From the NCBI GenBank assembly GCA_003599505.1, contig QZKO01000018.1, positions 26,280 through 90,279 of the forward strand: a stretch of 64,000 bases of DNA, in the 5' to 3' direction. Shown here piece by piece: positions 47,917 through 56,734 of the stretch. Within the stretch, counting starts at the first letter, position 1. Every line of letters starts with the position of its first letter. The DNA is from Nitrospiraceae bacterium (GTDB taxonomy: Bacteria > Nitrospirota > Thermodesulfovibrionia > UBA6902). A model generated the notes under the pieces. That model saw only the letters and a program-made list of their open reading frames with translations, searched no databases and was not told the DNA's origin. The translations under genes were made by a program, and so were the position numbers.

Positions 47917-48363
47917 ATGGAAAACAGTCTGGTAATGGATGAAGTCCTTCAACTGGTCACGTTCTCCCTTGACCAGGAGGTATACGCCGTGGACATCCTT
48001 AACGTCCAGGAGATAAACAGGATAACCGGTATTACAAAAGTCCCCAATGCGGCGAATTATATGGAAGGGGTAATCAACCTCAGGGGCAAAGTCATACCTG
48101 TCATCAACCTCAGGAAGAAATTCGGCCTTCAGAACAAGGAGGTCGATGATTCTTCAAGGACAATAATAATGGACATACAGGGTGTTACATACGGCCTTAT
48201 GGTAGACTCGGTTTCCGAAGTATTGAGGATCCCGTCGGATGTCGTGGAGCCCCCGCCTCCCCTGGCGTCGGGAATGGCGGGAATGTTTATTAAAGGCATA
48301 GCAAAGCTGGAGAACCGGCTCATTATACTTGTCAACATCGACAAACTGATGGGCCAGTCATAG
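47917..48363 (+). CDS. cheW: Chemotaxis coupling protein
   Basis: GVINLRGKVIPVINLR, GLMVDSVSEV. Confidence 0.96.
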   Translation: MENSLVMDEVLQLVTFSLDQEVYAVDILNVQEINRITGITKVPNAANYMEGVINLRGKVIPVINLRKKFGLQNKEVDDSSRTIIMDIQGVTYGLMVDSVSEVLRIPSDVVEPPPPLASGMAGMFIKGIAKLENRLIILVNIDKLMGQS

Positions 48364-48373
48364 GGATTATTAA

Positions 48374-49414
48374 ATGGTAAGAGTCCTGGTCGTCGATGAT
48401 TCGGCCTTCATAAGGAACACCCTCACCAGCATGATCTCCTCAGACCCTGAAATCCAGGTCGTGGGGGTCGCCCGCGACGGCGTCGAAGCCGTGGAGAAAG
48501 TCGCTCAACTGAAACCCGACATCGTCACCCTTGACGTGGAAATGCCGAGGATGAACGGCATTGAGGCGTTAAGGCAGATAATGGAAAAGACCCCTGTCCC
48601 CGTTATTATGGTCAGCTCCCTGACCACTGAAGAGGCCAGGATCACGCTTGACGCCCTCGACATAGGCGCGGTAGACTTTATCCCCAAGAACCTTTCCGAC
48701 CTGTCGATCAACATAGTCAAAATCAAAGACAATCTGATTGATAAAATCAAAAAGATAGGCAAAAGAGGGCTGCCTCTGTTAAAAAGATTATCTTCCCGGA
48801 AACCGCTTATGATGCCCGGGACCTCTCATGTCGTTTCTCACAGGAGAATCAATATCGTAGCGATAGGCTCGTCCACAGGCGGCCCGAAGGCCCTGCAGAA
48901 TATACTCACGCGGCTGCCGAAGGATTTCCCCGTGCCTATTCTTATAGCCCAGCACATGCCGCAGAGTTTCACCGGTCCTTTTGCCGAAAGACTGAACCAG
49001 TTGAGCTCAATTGAAGTCAAAGAAGCGGAACAGGGCGAAGTCATTAAAAGAGGAATTGCATACATAGCCCCGGGTGGCGGACATATGAGCATAGTGAAGA
49101 AAAAAATAACCGAGACGATAATATCCATATCCGGGAACAAAGGAGAATATATCTACAAGCCTTCTGTCGACGTCCTCATGCTCTCCGTTGTTGAATGTTT
49201 CTCCGGACACGTTCTCGGCGTCATCCTTACAGGAATCGGTAACGACGGTTTAAAAGGCATGCGGGAAATCAAAAACAACGGCGGCAGGACCATTGCCGAA
49301 GACGAGGAATCATGCGTTGTCTACGGCATGCCGAAAGTTGTGGTTGAAGCCGGCATAGCCGATAAAGTCGTCCCCGTTGATGAAATAGCAGGCGAGATAA
49401 TCAATTCGGTTTAA
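48374..49414 (+). CDS. cheB: Chemotaxis methylesterase
   Basis: REC domain plus GSSTGGP, AQHMP, LTGIGNDG, VVYGMP. Confidence 0.96.
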   Translation: MVRVLVVDDSAFIRNTLTSMISSDPEIQVVGVARDGVEAVEKVAQLKPDIVTLDVEMPRMNGIEALRQIMEKTPVPVIMVSSLTTEEARITLDALDIGAVDFIPKNLSDLSINIVKIKDNLIDKIKKIGKRGLPLLKRLSSRKPLMMPGTSHVVSHRRINIVAIGSSTGGPKALQNILTRLPKDFPVPILIAQHMPQSFTGPFAERLNQLSSIEVKEAEQGEVIKRGIAYIAPGGGHMSIVKKKITETIISISGNKGEYIYKPSVDVLMLSVVECFSGHVLGVILTGIGNDGLKGMREIKNNGGRTIAEDEESCVVYGMPKVVVEAGIADKVVPVDEIAGEIINSV

Positions 49415-49445
49415 TCCCTCGGGGACAATGGAAGCAATTCCGTAA

Positions 49446-49473
49446 AAGGGCGGGTTTAAAACCCGCCCCTACT
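49446..49473. repeat. GTAG-type REP-like palindrome, copy 2
   Basis: AAGGGCGGGTTTAAAACCCGCCCCTACT between convergent cheB and flgE. Confidence 0.85.
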
Positions 49474-49507
49474 ACCACTAATCTCTACACCCTACACCCT
49501 ATCTTAC

Positions 49508-50806
49508 TTACCTTGTCAGGTTGACAAGCTCTGCCATTAGCTCATCGGACTTCGAGACGATCCTCGAATTGGCCTGATAACCCCTCTGTGAGATGATCAT
49601 TTTCACAAACTCTTCGGCAAGGTCCACGTTGCTCAGCTCAAGGGTGCTCGAAAGCACCTGTCCCGTGCCTGAGGTCCCCGGGGCCGTGATTATGGGCTGG
49701 CCTGAACCGCTGGATTCGGCAAACAGGTTTTTCCCCATCTTTGTAAGCTCCGTCGGAGAAACAAACTTCGCGAGAGCGATCTGGCCGATGGCCCTTGTCT
49801 GCCCGTTCGTAAAAATACCGGTTATCGTGCCGTCCTGGTCGATGTTTATGCTCCTCAGCGATCCTGATGAATAACCGTCCTGGTTCTGGAATATGGTTGC
49901 GGAGCTGGAACCGAACTGTGTGGTCCCGTCAAGCCCCGTGCCCCCATCCGTTGTAATAGAGGTCCCGAAATTAAAATCTATCGCCTGGCCTGATGCTGCG
50001 CCTCCGGCGAAATCAAACCCTCCTGAGGCAAGCGGATACGTTAACGCGCTTTCCACATCAAGCGCGCCGTTGTTGTCGAAATCCAGGGTGCCCTGCGCCT
50101 GTATTTCCGTGCTCCCGCTTAACGAGGCGCTGGCGTCGACAACCGCAAACCATTCCCATGTGTTCCCTGTTGTCGCTTCAGTGTCTTTTCTGAAATAGAC
50201 ATTTACCACGTGAGCGTTCCCGAGCGAGTCATATACTGTAATGGAGGTTGAGAAGTTTGAAGTGTTGTTGGGGTTGGTCACATCAAATGCGGCCGGCACC
50301 GACTGCCTTGAATCAAGGTTTGCCGATATTTCAACAGTGGTTGTAGGGTTGGGCGGGCTGTTCAGGGTCGACAGGTTGATGTCGCCTATGCTGTTGATGA
50401 CCGGGGCGCTTGACAGCGACGTCGCGGAGAAAAGGTACCCCTGCAGGCGCAGTCCGTTGGGATTAACGATATTGCCGTCCTTGTCAAGGGCGAACTGTCC
50501 GGCCCTTGTGTAAAACGTCCCGTTCGCGTCGCTTACGATAAACAGGCCGTCTCCGCCGATAGCGAGGTCCAGGACACTTGTCGAATTCTCGAAAGTCCCC
50601 TGCGTAAAGGTCGGCTTCACGGAGCTTACCGCGACGCCTCTTCCTATCTGCGACGTGCCCAGACTCTGGCTGAGGATATCGCCGAAGTACGCCCTGCTGG
50701 CCTTGAAGCCGTGAGTGTTCATGTTGGCCACGTTGTCGCCGATGACGGAAAGTGCGGTACCGTTGGCGTTCATTCCGCTTACTGCCGTAAATAGTGAAGT
50801 TAACAT
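49508..50806 (-). CDS. flgE: Flagellar hook protein
   Basis: GDNVANMNT.GFK, YTRAGQF, VYDSLG, QDGY, LELSNVDLAEEF. Confidence 0.97.
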   Translation of the reverse strand: MLTSLFTAVSGMNANGTALSVIGDNVANMNTHGFKASRAYFGDILSQSLGTSQIGRGVAVSSVKPTFTQGTFENSTSVLDLAIGGDGLFIVSDANGTFYTRAGQFALDKDGNIVNPNGLRLQGYLFSATSLSSAPVINSIGDINLSTLNSPPNPTTTVEISANLDSRQSVPAAFDVTNPNNTSNFSTSITVYDSLGNAHVVNVYFRKDTEATTGNTWEWFAVVDASASLSGSTEIQAQGTLDFDNNGALDVESALTYPLASGGFDFAGGAASGQAIDFNFGTSITTDGGTGLDGTTQFGSSSATIFQNQDGYSSGSLRSINIDQDGTITGIFTNGQTRAIGQIALAKFVSPTELTKMGKNLFAESSGSGQPIITAPGTSGTGQVLSSTLELSNVDLAEEFVKMIISQRGYQANSRIVSKSDELMAELVNLTR

Positions 50807-50819
50807 TTGTACCTCCTCT

Positions 50820-51470
50820 TTATTGGATTGTCTCTATTTCACTGAGATAAACATTCCTGCCGCCGTTCAAGGTCAGATATGTGCTGCCGTCTTTGAAAAC
50901 AATTCCGGTTACGGTGCCTGAAGAGCTCGTCAGGGCCGCGACAGAATTGTCTTTCGAATCCTTTGCCTGAATATCAAACGTATAGACGCCCTCCGGCATC
51001 TGGTTCCCTGAACTGTCTTTGCCGTCCCAGACAAAGATGTTGTCGCCCTGCGTCCGGGGCCCGGCCTCTTTTGTGGCTATAATTCTGCCGGACCCGTCAT
51101 AAATCGAAATACTCACTGATGACGCGTCTCCGGACAGGTTGTAGCCTATATCCGCCGTTCCGTTTAAATATGCGGTGTCCCCTGAAACCTTTACGGTCCT
51201 GCCTATAAGATTTGCAATCGAAGAGTTCTGCATCGATTGCTGAAACGCGAGGACTTCATCCAGCGTGCTGCCTATATTGTTAAGCGTTTCAAGCGAGCTG
51301 AACTCAGTCAGTTGGGCCGTAAACTGCATGCTGTCCATGGGACTTAACGGGTCCTGATAGCTTAGTTGTTTAAGGAGGAGCTGCATGAATTCCTCCTTCC
51401 CGAGAGTCTGGCCGTTGACAGACTGTATCTGACTTGCGCTTGCGCTATTGGTTACACCTGATATTTCCAT
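50820..51470 (-). CDS. flgD: Hook capping protein
   Basis: LGKEEFMQLL..QLSYQDPLSPMD, WDGKD. Confidence 0.96.
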   Translation of the reverse strand: MEISGVTNSASASQIQSVNGQTLGKEEFMQLLLKQLSYQDPLSPMDSMQFTAQLTEFSSLETLNNIGSTLDEVLAFQQSMQNSSIANLIGRTVKVSGDTAYLNGTADIGYNLSGDASSVSISIYDGSGRIIATKEAGPRTQGDNIFVWDGKDSSGNQMPEGVYTFDIQAKDSKDNSVAALTSSSGTVTGIVFKDGSTYLTLNGGRNVYLSEIETIQ

Positions 51471-51581
51471 GGCTGCTCCTTTCCTTTGCCGATCATTCCT
51501 TGAGCAATATTTTAATCCCCTCGCCTATTGCCTATTGCCCCTCGCCTCTTGCCTTTCGCCTTTCGCCTTCTTTTATTGTAT

Positions 51582-53078
51582 TCATGCAAATACGCTTACA
51601 AGACCGCTCGCTGCGCGCGTCTTCCCTTCCGCGTAGATAATTTCTTTTTCATTATTGTCATCTTTAGCGGCGGTAAATACTCCCTCTTCCTGCCCTTTGC
51701 GCTCTTTCAGGGCCACGGACATCCCCCCGACATGCATCCCCTCTTTTGAAAGAGAATCCACTATGTGCTGCATATTATTTTCAATAAACTCTCTCGTCAT
51801 CTTCTCAGTGGTATTAATGTGGACGTTCAGCATCCCTTTTTCCATGCTGACATTAATGTCAAGCTTTCCGAGCGTGCCATGATCGACAGACACGCCCAGT
51901 CTGCTGTTGCCCTTTATGACATAGACGATATTATCCAGGACTTGTGTAAAGCCTGCCGGCCTTGCGGCAGACCCTGATACTATCCCTTCCCCTCCCCTGC
52001 TGTTTCCGGTCGCTATACCTGAATTCACCGGACCTGAGCTGTCGGATATTGTTTCCGCGTTCGCGCCCCTTGGGGAGGTGTTCTGAAAATTCCGCGCTGC
52101 GTCCATATTATTAATCTCTTTTGTTTTTCCGGGTATCAGGAGGTCTTGCGGATTTTTTATCAACCCCGCGGTTTCTTTTGTATTCTCGTTTGCAATGTCC
52201 CCATCATCATGAGTTGTCTGCTCACGATGCGCGTTTTTGTCAACAAGAAGTCCCCGCGCGGCCTTCACCAAATCCACCTGGCTTGCTTCAGTATTGTCCT
52301 CCGGGTTGTCATTGATATTTTGACCAAGAGCAGCAAGGAGATTATTGCTGTCGTTTGAGTTCCCCTTTACCGGCCTTCCGGCGTCGGAGGCGGACAACAT
52401 AATTCCAAGTTTTAAACCATGTTCGGATGGAGTGCCTGGCTGGGGCAGGTTGTCTTTGCCTGTGGTTACCGGCAAATCAGGCCGGGGACCATTTTCATCA
52501 GCTCCCTGATAAGCGGTCAATATCTCATATAACAACGCCCCCGCCTTCAACCCGTTCTCACTGGAAGGCCCCGGTTTCACCAGGTTTTCTGAAGCGCCCA
52601 AAGTCCCTTCAGGTGTCGTCCCTTCAGATGTCCCACTGCCTTCACTCAGATCGGCCTGGAGATCCGGTGAGACATTCTTGTCAGCTCCCTGGAGAGCAGT
52701 AAATATCTCATGCAATAATGCCCCGGTTTTAAGCCCGTTCTCCGGCCCTTCCAATAATGCTCCTGTTGTCTTGCCGGATTCACACTCATTGATTAAAACG
52801 GTCTGTTGGCCTGACATATTAGTCAACGCAGCGGAGACCATACCTGACAATAGATCGCCCGCTATTGTTAATCCATTTCCGGACTGATCAGTTAAACCGG
52901 CGCCCGTTTCAGGATTCTCCGCAGCGCTGTTATTGCCGTTATTGTTTAATTCCTGATTGATCACGAGGCTGAATCCGGAGCCGCCTGATTGCGCTCCACC
53001 CTCAGGAGCTGCAACAGACGTGTTATTCACAGGCTGGGCTGTATTTATTTCCGGCATCGATGATGGCATCATTTCCAT
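51582..53078 (-). CDS. fliK: Hook-length control protein
   Basis: Low-complexity N-region plus C-terminal LGKLDINV...L..EGMHV domain, upstream of flgD; start placed downstream of the sigma54 promoter. Confidence 0.85.
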   Translation of the reverse strand: MEMMPSSMPEINTAQPVNNTSVAAPEGGAQSGGSGFSLVINQELNNNGNNSAAENPETGAGLTDQSGNGLTIAGDLLSGMVSAALTNMSGQQTVLINECESGKTTGALLEGPENGLKTGALLHEIFTALQGADKNVSPDLQADLSEGSGTSEGTTPEGTLGASENLVKPGPSSENGLKAGALLYEILTAYQGADENGPRPDLPVTTGKDNLPQPGTPSEHGLKLGIMLSASDAGRPVKGNSNDSNNLLAALGQNINDNPEDNTEASQVDLVKAARGLLVDKNAHREQTTHDDGDIANENTKETAGLIKNPQDLLIPGKTKEINNMDAARNFQNTSPRGANAETISDSSGPVNSGIATGNSRGGEGIVSGSAARPAGFTQVLDNIVYVIKGNSRLGVSVDHGTLGKLDINVSMEKGMLNVHINTTEKMTREFIENNMQHIVDSLSKEGMHVGGMSVALKERKGQEEGVFTAAKDDNNEKEIIYAEGKTRAASGLVSVFA

Positions 53079-53091
53079 GCCTTTATGAAAA

Positions 53092-53106
53092 GCAATCCGC
53101 ATGCCA
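53092..53106 (-). promoter_or_regulatory. Sigma54 promoter of fliK-flgDE
   Basis: TGGCAT-GCGGA-TTGC. Confidence 0.8.
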
Positions 53107-53196
53107 GTTATTTACGGAGTGAAAAATGTTTGATTATTTAGCAGTTAATAAAAAGCGGACGGCTTGAGGGGATTTTTTTAAAGAAATTTTTTCACG

Positions 53197-53213
53197 ACAG
53201 GGAAAGTTTTTCC
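53197..53213. promoter_or_regulatory. Candidate enhancer box upstream of fliK
   Basis: ACAGGGAAAGTTTTTCC; 14/17 match to 30109-30125 at the same offset from the promoter. Confidence 0.55.
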
Positions 53214-53231
53214 GCTTGCAGAGCGAAAACT

Positions 53232-53270
53232 AAAAAAAAACGGCAAGGAAAAACATATTGCCTTACCGTT
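53232..53270 (-). terminator. Intrinsic terminator
   Basis: AACGGTAAGG / CCTTGCCGTT then long U-tract. Confidence 0.75.
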
Positions 53271-53301
53271 CTTTTTTATAACTTATTTTTAATGCAATAA
53301 A

Positions 53302-54339
53302 TCAGTTGCCGCTATTTTTCTCATCCCGGTTATTTATCTCATCACCTAAATCTTTTGCATTTTCTAAATTAGCATTGGCAAGGATTGCATTTTTTATCTC
53401 TGTCATTGCGTTTCCAACAGTAGAACCCGTATTGTATCCGGGATTCAGGTATTGCAAAATCTGTATCTCACCGCTTGTAAGCAACGTCGATTCGGAAAGG
53501 CTTGATGCCACGTTTAAACACAACGCGGCATATTGCTGTATTGCCTTCTGCAGCATGGTCTTCTTGCCCTGCATCGAGAGGTAATAATTCAAATCATTTG
53601 CTGATGTGAAAACTCCACCGCTTTTTGTTACGGCAGTGTTTATAAAGGAAGTTCTTTCCTCATCATGAGTCTTCCAGAAACCCATGCTTCTTGCCCCGCT
53701 TGGAGCATCAACTGTGGGAGGGGTTCCGTCAATCAGTCCTGTGAATATGTCTGATGTGCTGTCTCCGTTTAAACTTCCAGTGACTAATAGAAGTATCATC
53801 TTCATACCAAGTGTGGCATTTGTACCTATCACGCTTTGGAGTTCATTAATATACTGTGAAGGATGCGCGACATCCGTATTCAAGACAACATTTGTCAGAT
53901 TTAAGGTTCCCGGGTTATTAATATCGAGAGTTGGGTTCAGATACCACTTCAGTCCGTCGGTTACAAACACTATATCGGACAAGGTGGCAGAGAAATAATT
54001 AAATGGTCCGTCAGTTGATGATGTGTCGGTTATCGTCAGGACCGCGTCGGTAAATGTTGAACCACTTTGCCTTGTAGCGCCGCTGATGATAACAGATTTG
54101 CCGATTATACTTTCATTGGCGCCATTTTCAGTAATATGTGTTCCATTAAGGTAATTTACCTGGGAAATTACTGCATTATCAAGGCTCAATGAACCGGCGG
54201 TGTCAGTAGTTGCCGTGGTCTTGGCATTCCCTGAAAAATTTGCTGTCGGCAATCCGATAGTCGACCATGAATTCCCTGCGCCTATGATCATAAAAAGCAA
54301 TAAAGCCACTACAATCATCAAAAGTCTCTTCATTTCCAT
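53302..54339 (-). CDS. Secreted protein, paralogue of the adjacent PEP-CTERM protein, with a C-terminal GFWKTH-type helical domain
   Basis: Sec signal; Thr/Asn-rich beta region; GARSMGFWKTH...QYAALCLN. Confidence 0.8.
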   Translation of the reverse strand: MEMKRLLMIVVALLLFMIIGAGNSWSTIGLPTANFSGNAKTTATTDTAGSLSLDNAVISQVNYLNGTHITENGANESIIGKSVIISGATRQSGSTFTDAVLTITDTSSTDGPFNYFSATLSDIVFVTDGLKWYLNPTLDINNPGTLNLTNVVLNTDVAHPSQYINELQSVIGTNATLGMKMILLLVTGSLNGDSTSDIFTGLIDGTPPTVDAPSGARSMGFWKTHDEERTSFINTAVTKSGGVFTSANDLNYYLSMQGKKTMLQKAIQQYAALCLNVASSLSESTLLTSGEIQILQYLNPGYNTGSTVGNAMTEIKNAILANANLENAKDLGDEINNRDEKNSGN

Positions 54340-54414
54340 AGTCCTCCTCTTTTATATTGAAAATTTAAAAACTCGCAAGCGCGCATTCATGTCCCCGTGT
54401 CATGTACCGGAGCG

Positions 54415-55158
54415 CTATTCCGGATTAATATATTTTCTCTTCCAGAAACGTCTTATCGCCAAAGTCGCTCCGCCTGCAATAAAGAGAACTGAGCTTAGCG
54501 GCTCCGGTGTAACAGCCATCTTACCCTGAATAGACCCGGTTGCGTCGTTTGTAAACGCATACCCTCCGCCATTGGTGCCGGAATAAAAGGAAAAATCCAT
54601 GCCGAGATTTAAATAACCGCGAGACTGGTAACTCGCCTGTAATTCCTGTATGTATTGGGAGCCGTTATCATAAAACGTTATATTGGTGAGAGTTGCTATG
54701 GTATTATCCCAAAGAGGGTTTAATTGTGTCCCGAACAAACCGTCTGTGATGATAAAATTTTCAAGCTGCGCGGTAAGATATGTTGTCCCGCCGTTAGCTA
54801 TTGTAAAAAGGACAGAACCGGTTCCTCCTGAAGAGCTTCCGAATTGTAAATTATTCGGGTAACTACTGTTATAAAGAGTGTTGATTGAAATCACCGCCCC
54901 TGTAACAGGATCAACCCCTTCTCCAAAATAACTCCCGTCCATATAATTTCCACCGGTTATATTCCAACCTGAAAAAACCAGTGAGTAATAAGGTTTCTGA
55001 GAGGGACCGCCGCCGCTTCCATCCAAATATGTAAATGAAGCGGTGTAATCCAGATAAGGCAGATAGGGATATTCTGCGAACGCATTGTTTGACAACAGTA
55101 AAATACCTGCTATCAAAACAAGCGGGAACAGAAAAATTTTCTTTATTGATATTTTCAT
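54415..55158 (-). CDS. PEP-CTERM sorting-domain surface protein
   Basis: Signal peptide; VTPEPLSSVLFIAGGATLAIRRFWKRK. Confidence 0.9.
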   Translation of the reverse strand: MKISIKKIFLFPLVLIAGILLLSNNAFAEYPYLPYLDYTASFTYLDGSGGGPSQKPYYSLVFSGWNITGGNYMDGSYFGEGVDPVTGAVISINTLYNSSYPNNLQFGSSSGGTGSVLFTIANGGTTYLTAQLENFIITDGLFGTQLNPLWDNTIATLTNITFYDNGSQYIQELQASYQSRGYLNLGMDFSFYSGTNGGGYAFTNDATGSIQGKMAVTPEPLSSVLFIAGGATLAIRRFWKRKYINPE

Positions 55159-55498
55159 CTCTTACCCCCTTTAAAAGACAGTTGATTATCTATCTAAGCC
55201 TAATGGTTGTATATATAAGGAAAGATTATAGATTAATTAAACCGTAATAAAAAATTTATGTCAAGGATTTTTAAAGTTCCTTATAGGGGGTATAAATATT
55301 TCAAATTTGCCTTATCGCGCAAATAGTTAGCGAATTTTTCAGGAAGAACTCAACAACTCCCCTTGCACAACCCGATCAGCGATAAATCAGGATAGGTATT
55401 TCTGCCTATTGATGATGAATTATTTTGTGATAACTTTTTATTAAGGCAAAAGGCTAACGGCAAAGGGCTAAAGGTAAAGAAAGACCGAGATCGGATAT

Positions 55499-56713
55499 AT
55501 GAAAGAAATTAAAAGGCGGGACTTTCTTAAACTTGCGGGGGCGACTCTCGTCCTTGCGGCATGCAGCAGAGGCGGCGGTGGATCAACGGAAGACCAGTCC
55601 GGAGACCAGTCCCCGACAGGACAGCCCGGCGCGGTTTCCTTTAACTTCAGGATTACCGAGGCCCTTGTCGAAATGATCGACGGGACCCTTGTCTACTCAT
55701 GGGTCTTTGAAGACACGGCGTCAGGACAACCGGTACTCCCTGGCCCGGTCATACAGGCTGAAGAAGGAGAATTAATTTCCCTGACTATTGAAAACGGCCT
55801 CCGCGAAAACCACAGTTTCCTGGTCCCTTCAGCTCCGGGTTCGCCGGACGTAGTGGACTTCGGCATGATAGCCCCTGGTGAAAAAGTTACGAAAAGCTTT
55901 ACCGCGCCTTCCGCCGGCACATATCTTTACTTCGATCCCCTGAACGCCCCGGTAAACCGCGTTCTTGGTCTTCACGGCGCTATGGTGGTACTTCCGAAGA
56001 CAGGCAATACCCCTTACAGCGTCCCTACCCCGGCGGTCCAGCAATTGTTCAACGATCTTGGGACCACGGACCATTTCCCGAAACATGCCCTGTCACCCGC
56101 GGGCTGGCAGCGTGACCGCTTCAGGATATGGCTGATGAGCCAGGTGGACCCGGCATTCAATGCCCTGGCGCAAAGCGGGGTCATTATCAATCCCGCTGAC
56201 ATGAGAGATAACTTCCTCCCCCGTTATTTCACCATCAACGGCAAATCAGGGGCCTTTTCGTCGCATGACCACAGCGTTGTTTTAAGCGGACGGATCGGTC
56301 AGCCGATGCTGGTGCGCATACTGAACGCCGGCCTCTTTACACATTCCAATCATCTCCACGCCAATCATTTTTATGTAACTTCGGTAAACAACGTTGTACG
56401 TGAAAACGTTTTCAACATAGACTCTTTTACAATATCGCCGCTGGACCGTGTGGACTGGCTCGTGCCTTATATCAGGCCCCCGGACATCGCCGGAGACCCG
56501 GATACCCCTCTGCGCGAACTTATACCCAATGAACTGGCGCTTGTGATAGGCGGAGATATCGGCGTGCCGCAGTCTCCCCTCGTATTTCCCATGCACTGCC
56601 ATGTCGAGCAGTCCCAGACTGCTGCCGGAGGCAATTACCCTCAGGGCACGGTTACACATTTTGAATTTTTAGGCGACATCGACGGCGTGGATTTCCCGAA
56701 TGCAGGAGGATAA
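55499..56713 (+). CDS. Multicopper-oxidase-domain protein A, Tat lipoprotein signal
   Basis: KRRDFLK...LAAC; PGPVI; C-terminal HSNHLH and MHCH; N-terminal Cu motifs degenerate. Confidence 0.85.
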   Translation: MKEIKRRDFLKLAGATLVLAACSRGGGGSTEDQSGDQSPTGQPGAVSFNFRITEALVEMIDGTLVYSWVFEDTASGQPVLPGPVIQAEEGELISLTIENGLRENHSFLVPSAPGSPDVVDFGMIAPGEKVTKSFTAPSAGTYLYFDPLNAPVNRVLGLHGAMVVLPKTGNTPYSVPTPAVQQLFNDLGTTDHFPKHALSPAGWQRDRFRIWLMSQVDPAFNALAQSGVIINPADMRDNFLPRYFTINGKSGAFSSHDHSVVLSGRIGQPMLVRILNAGLFTHSNHLHANHFYVTSVNNVVRENVFNIDSFTISPLDRVDWLVPYIRPPDIAGDPDTPLRELIPNELALVIGGDIGVPQSPLVFPMHCHVEQSQTAAGGNYPQGTVTHFEFLGDIDGVDFPNAGG

Positions 56714-56734
56714 TGAACTTGAAAGGAGAACAAA

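Noticed and set aside
53079-53102. ORF-track start of fliK at 53102
   Set aside because: It lies inside the sigma54 promoter and would not be transcribed.
19702-53106. Absence of flagellin, motAB, fliE-J, flgBC and MCP genes as a sign of a degenerate flagellum
   Set aside because: All genes present look intact; the missing ones are commonly at other loci outside a 64-kb window.
55440-55480. GGCAAA-containing segment as a c-di-GMP-I riboswitch
   Set aside because: No GNRA/receptor stems or GACGCAAA core; explained by heptamer repeats.
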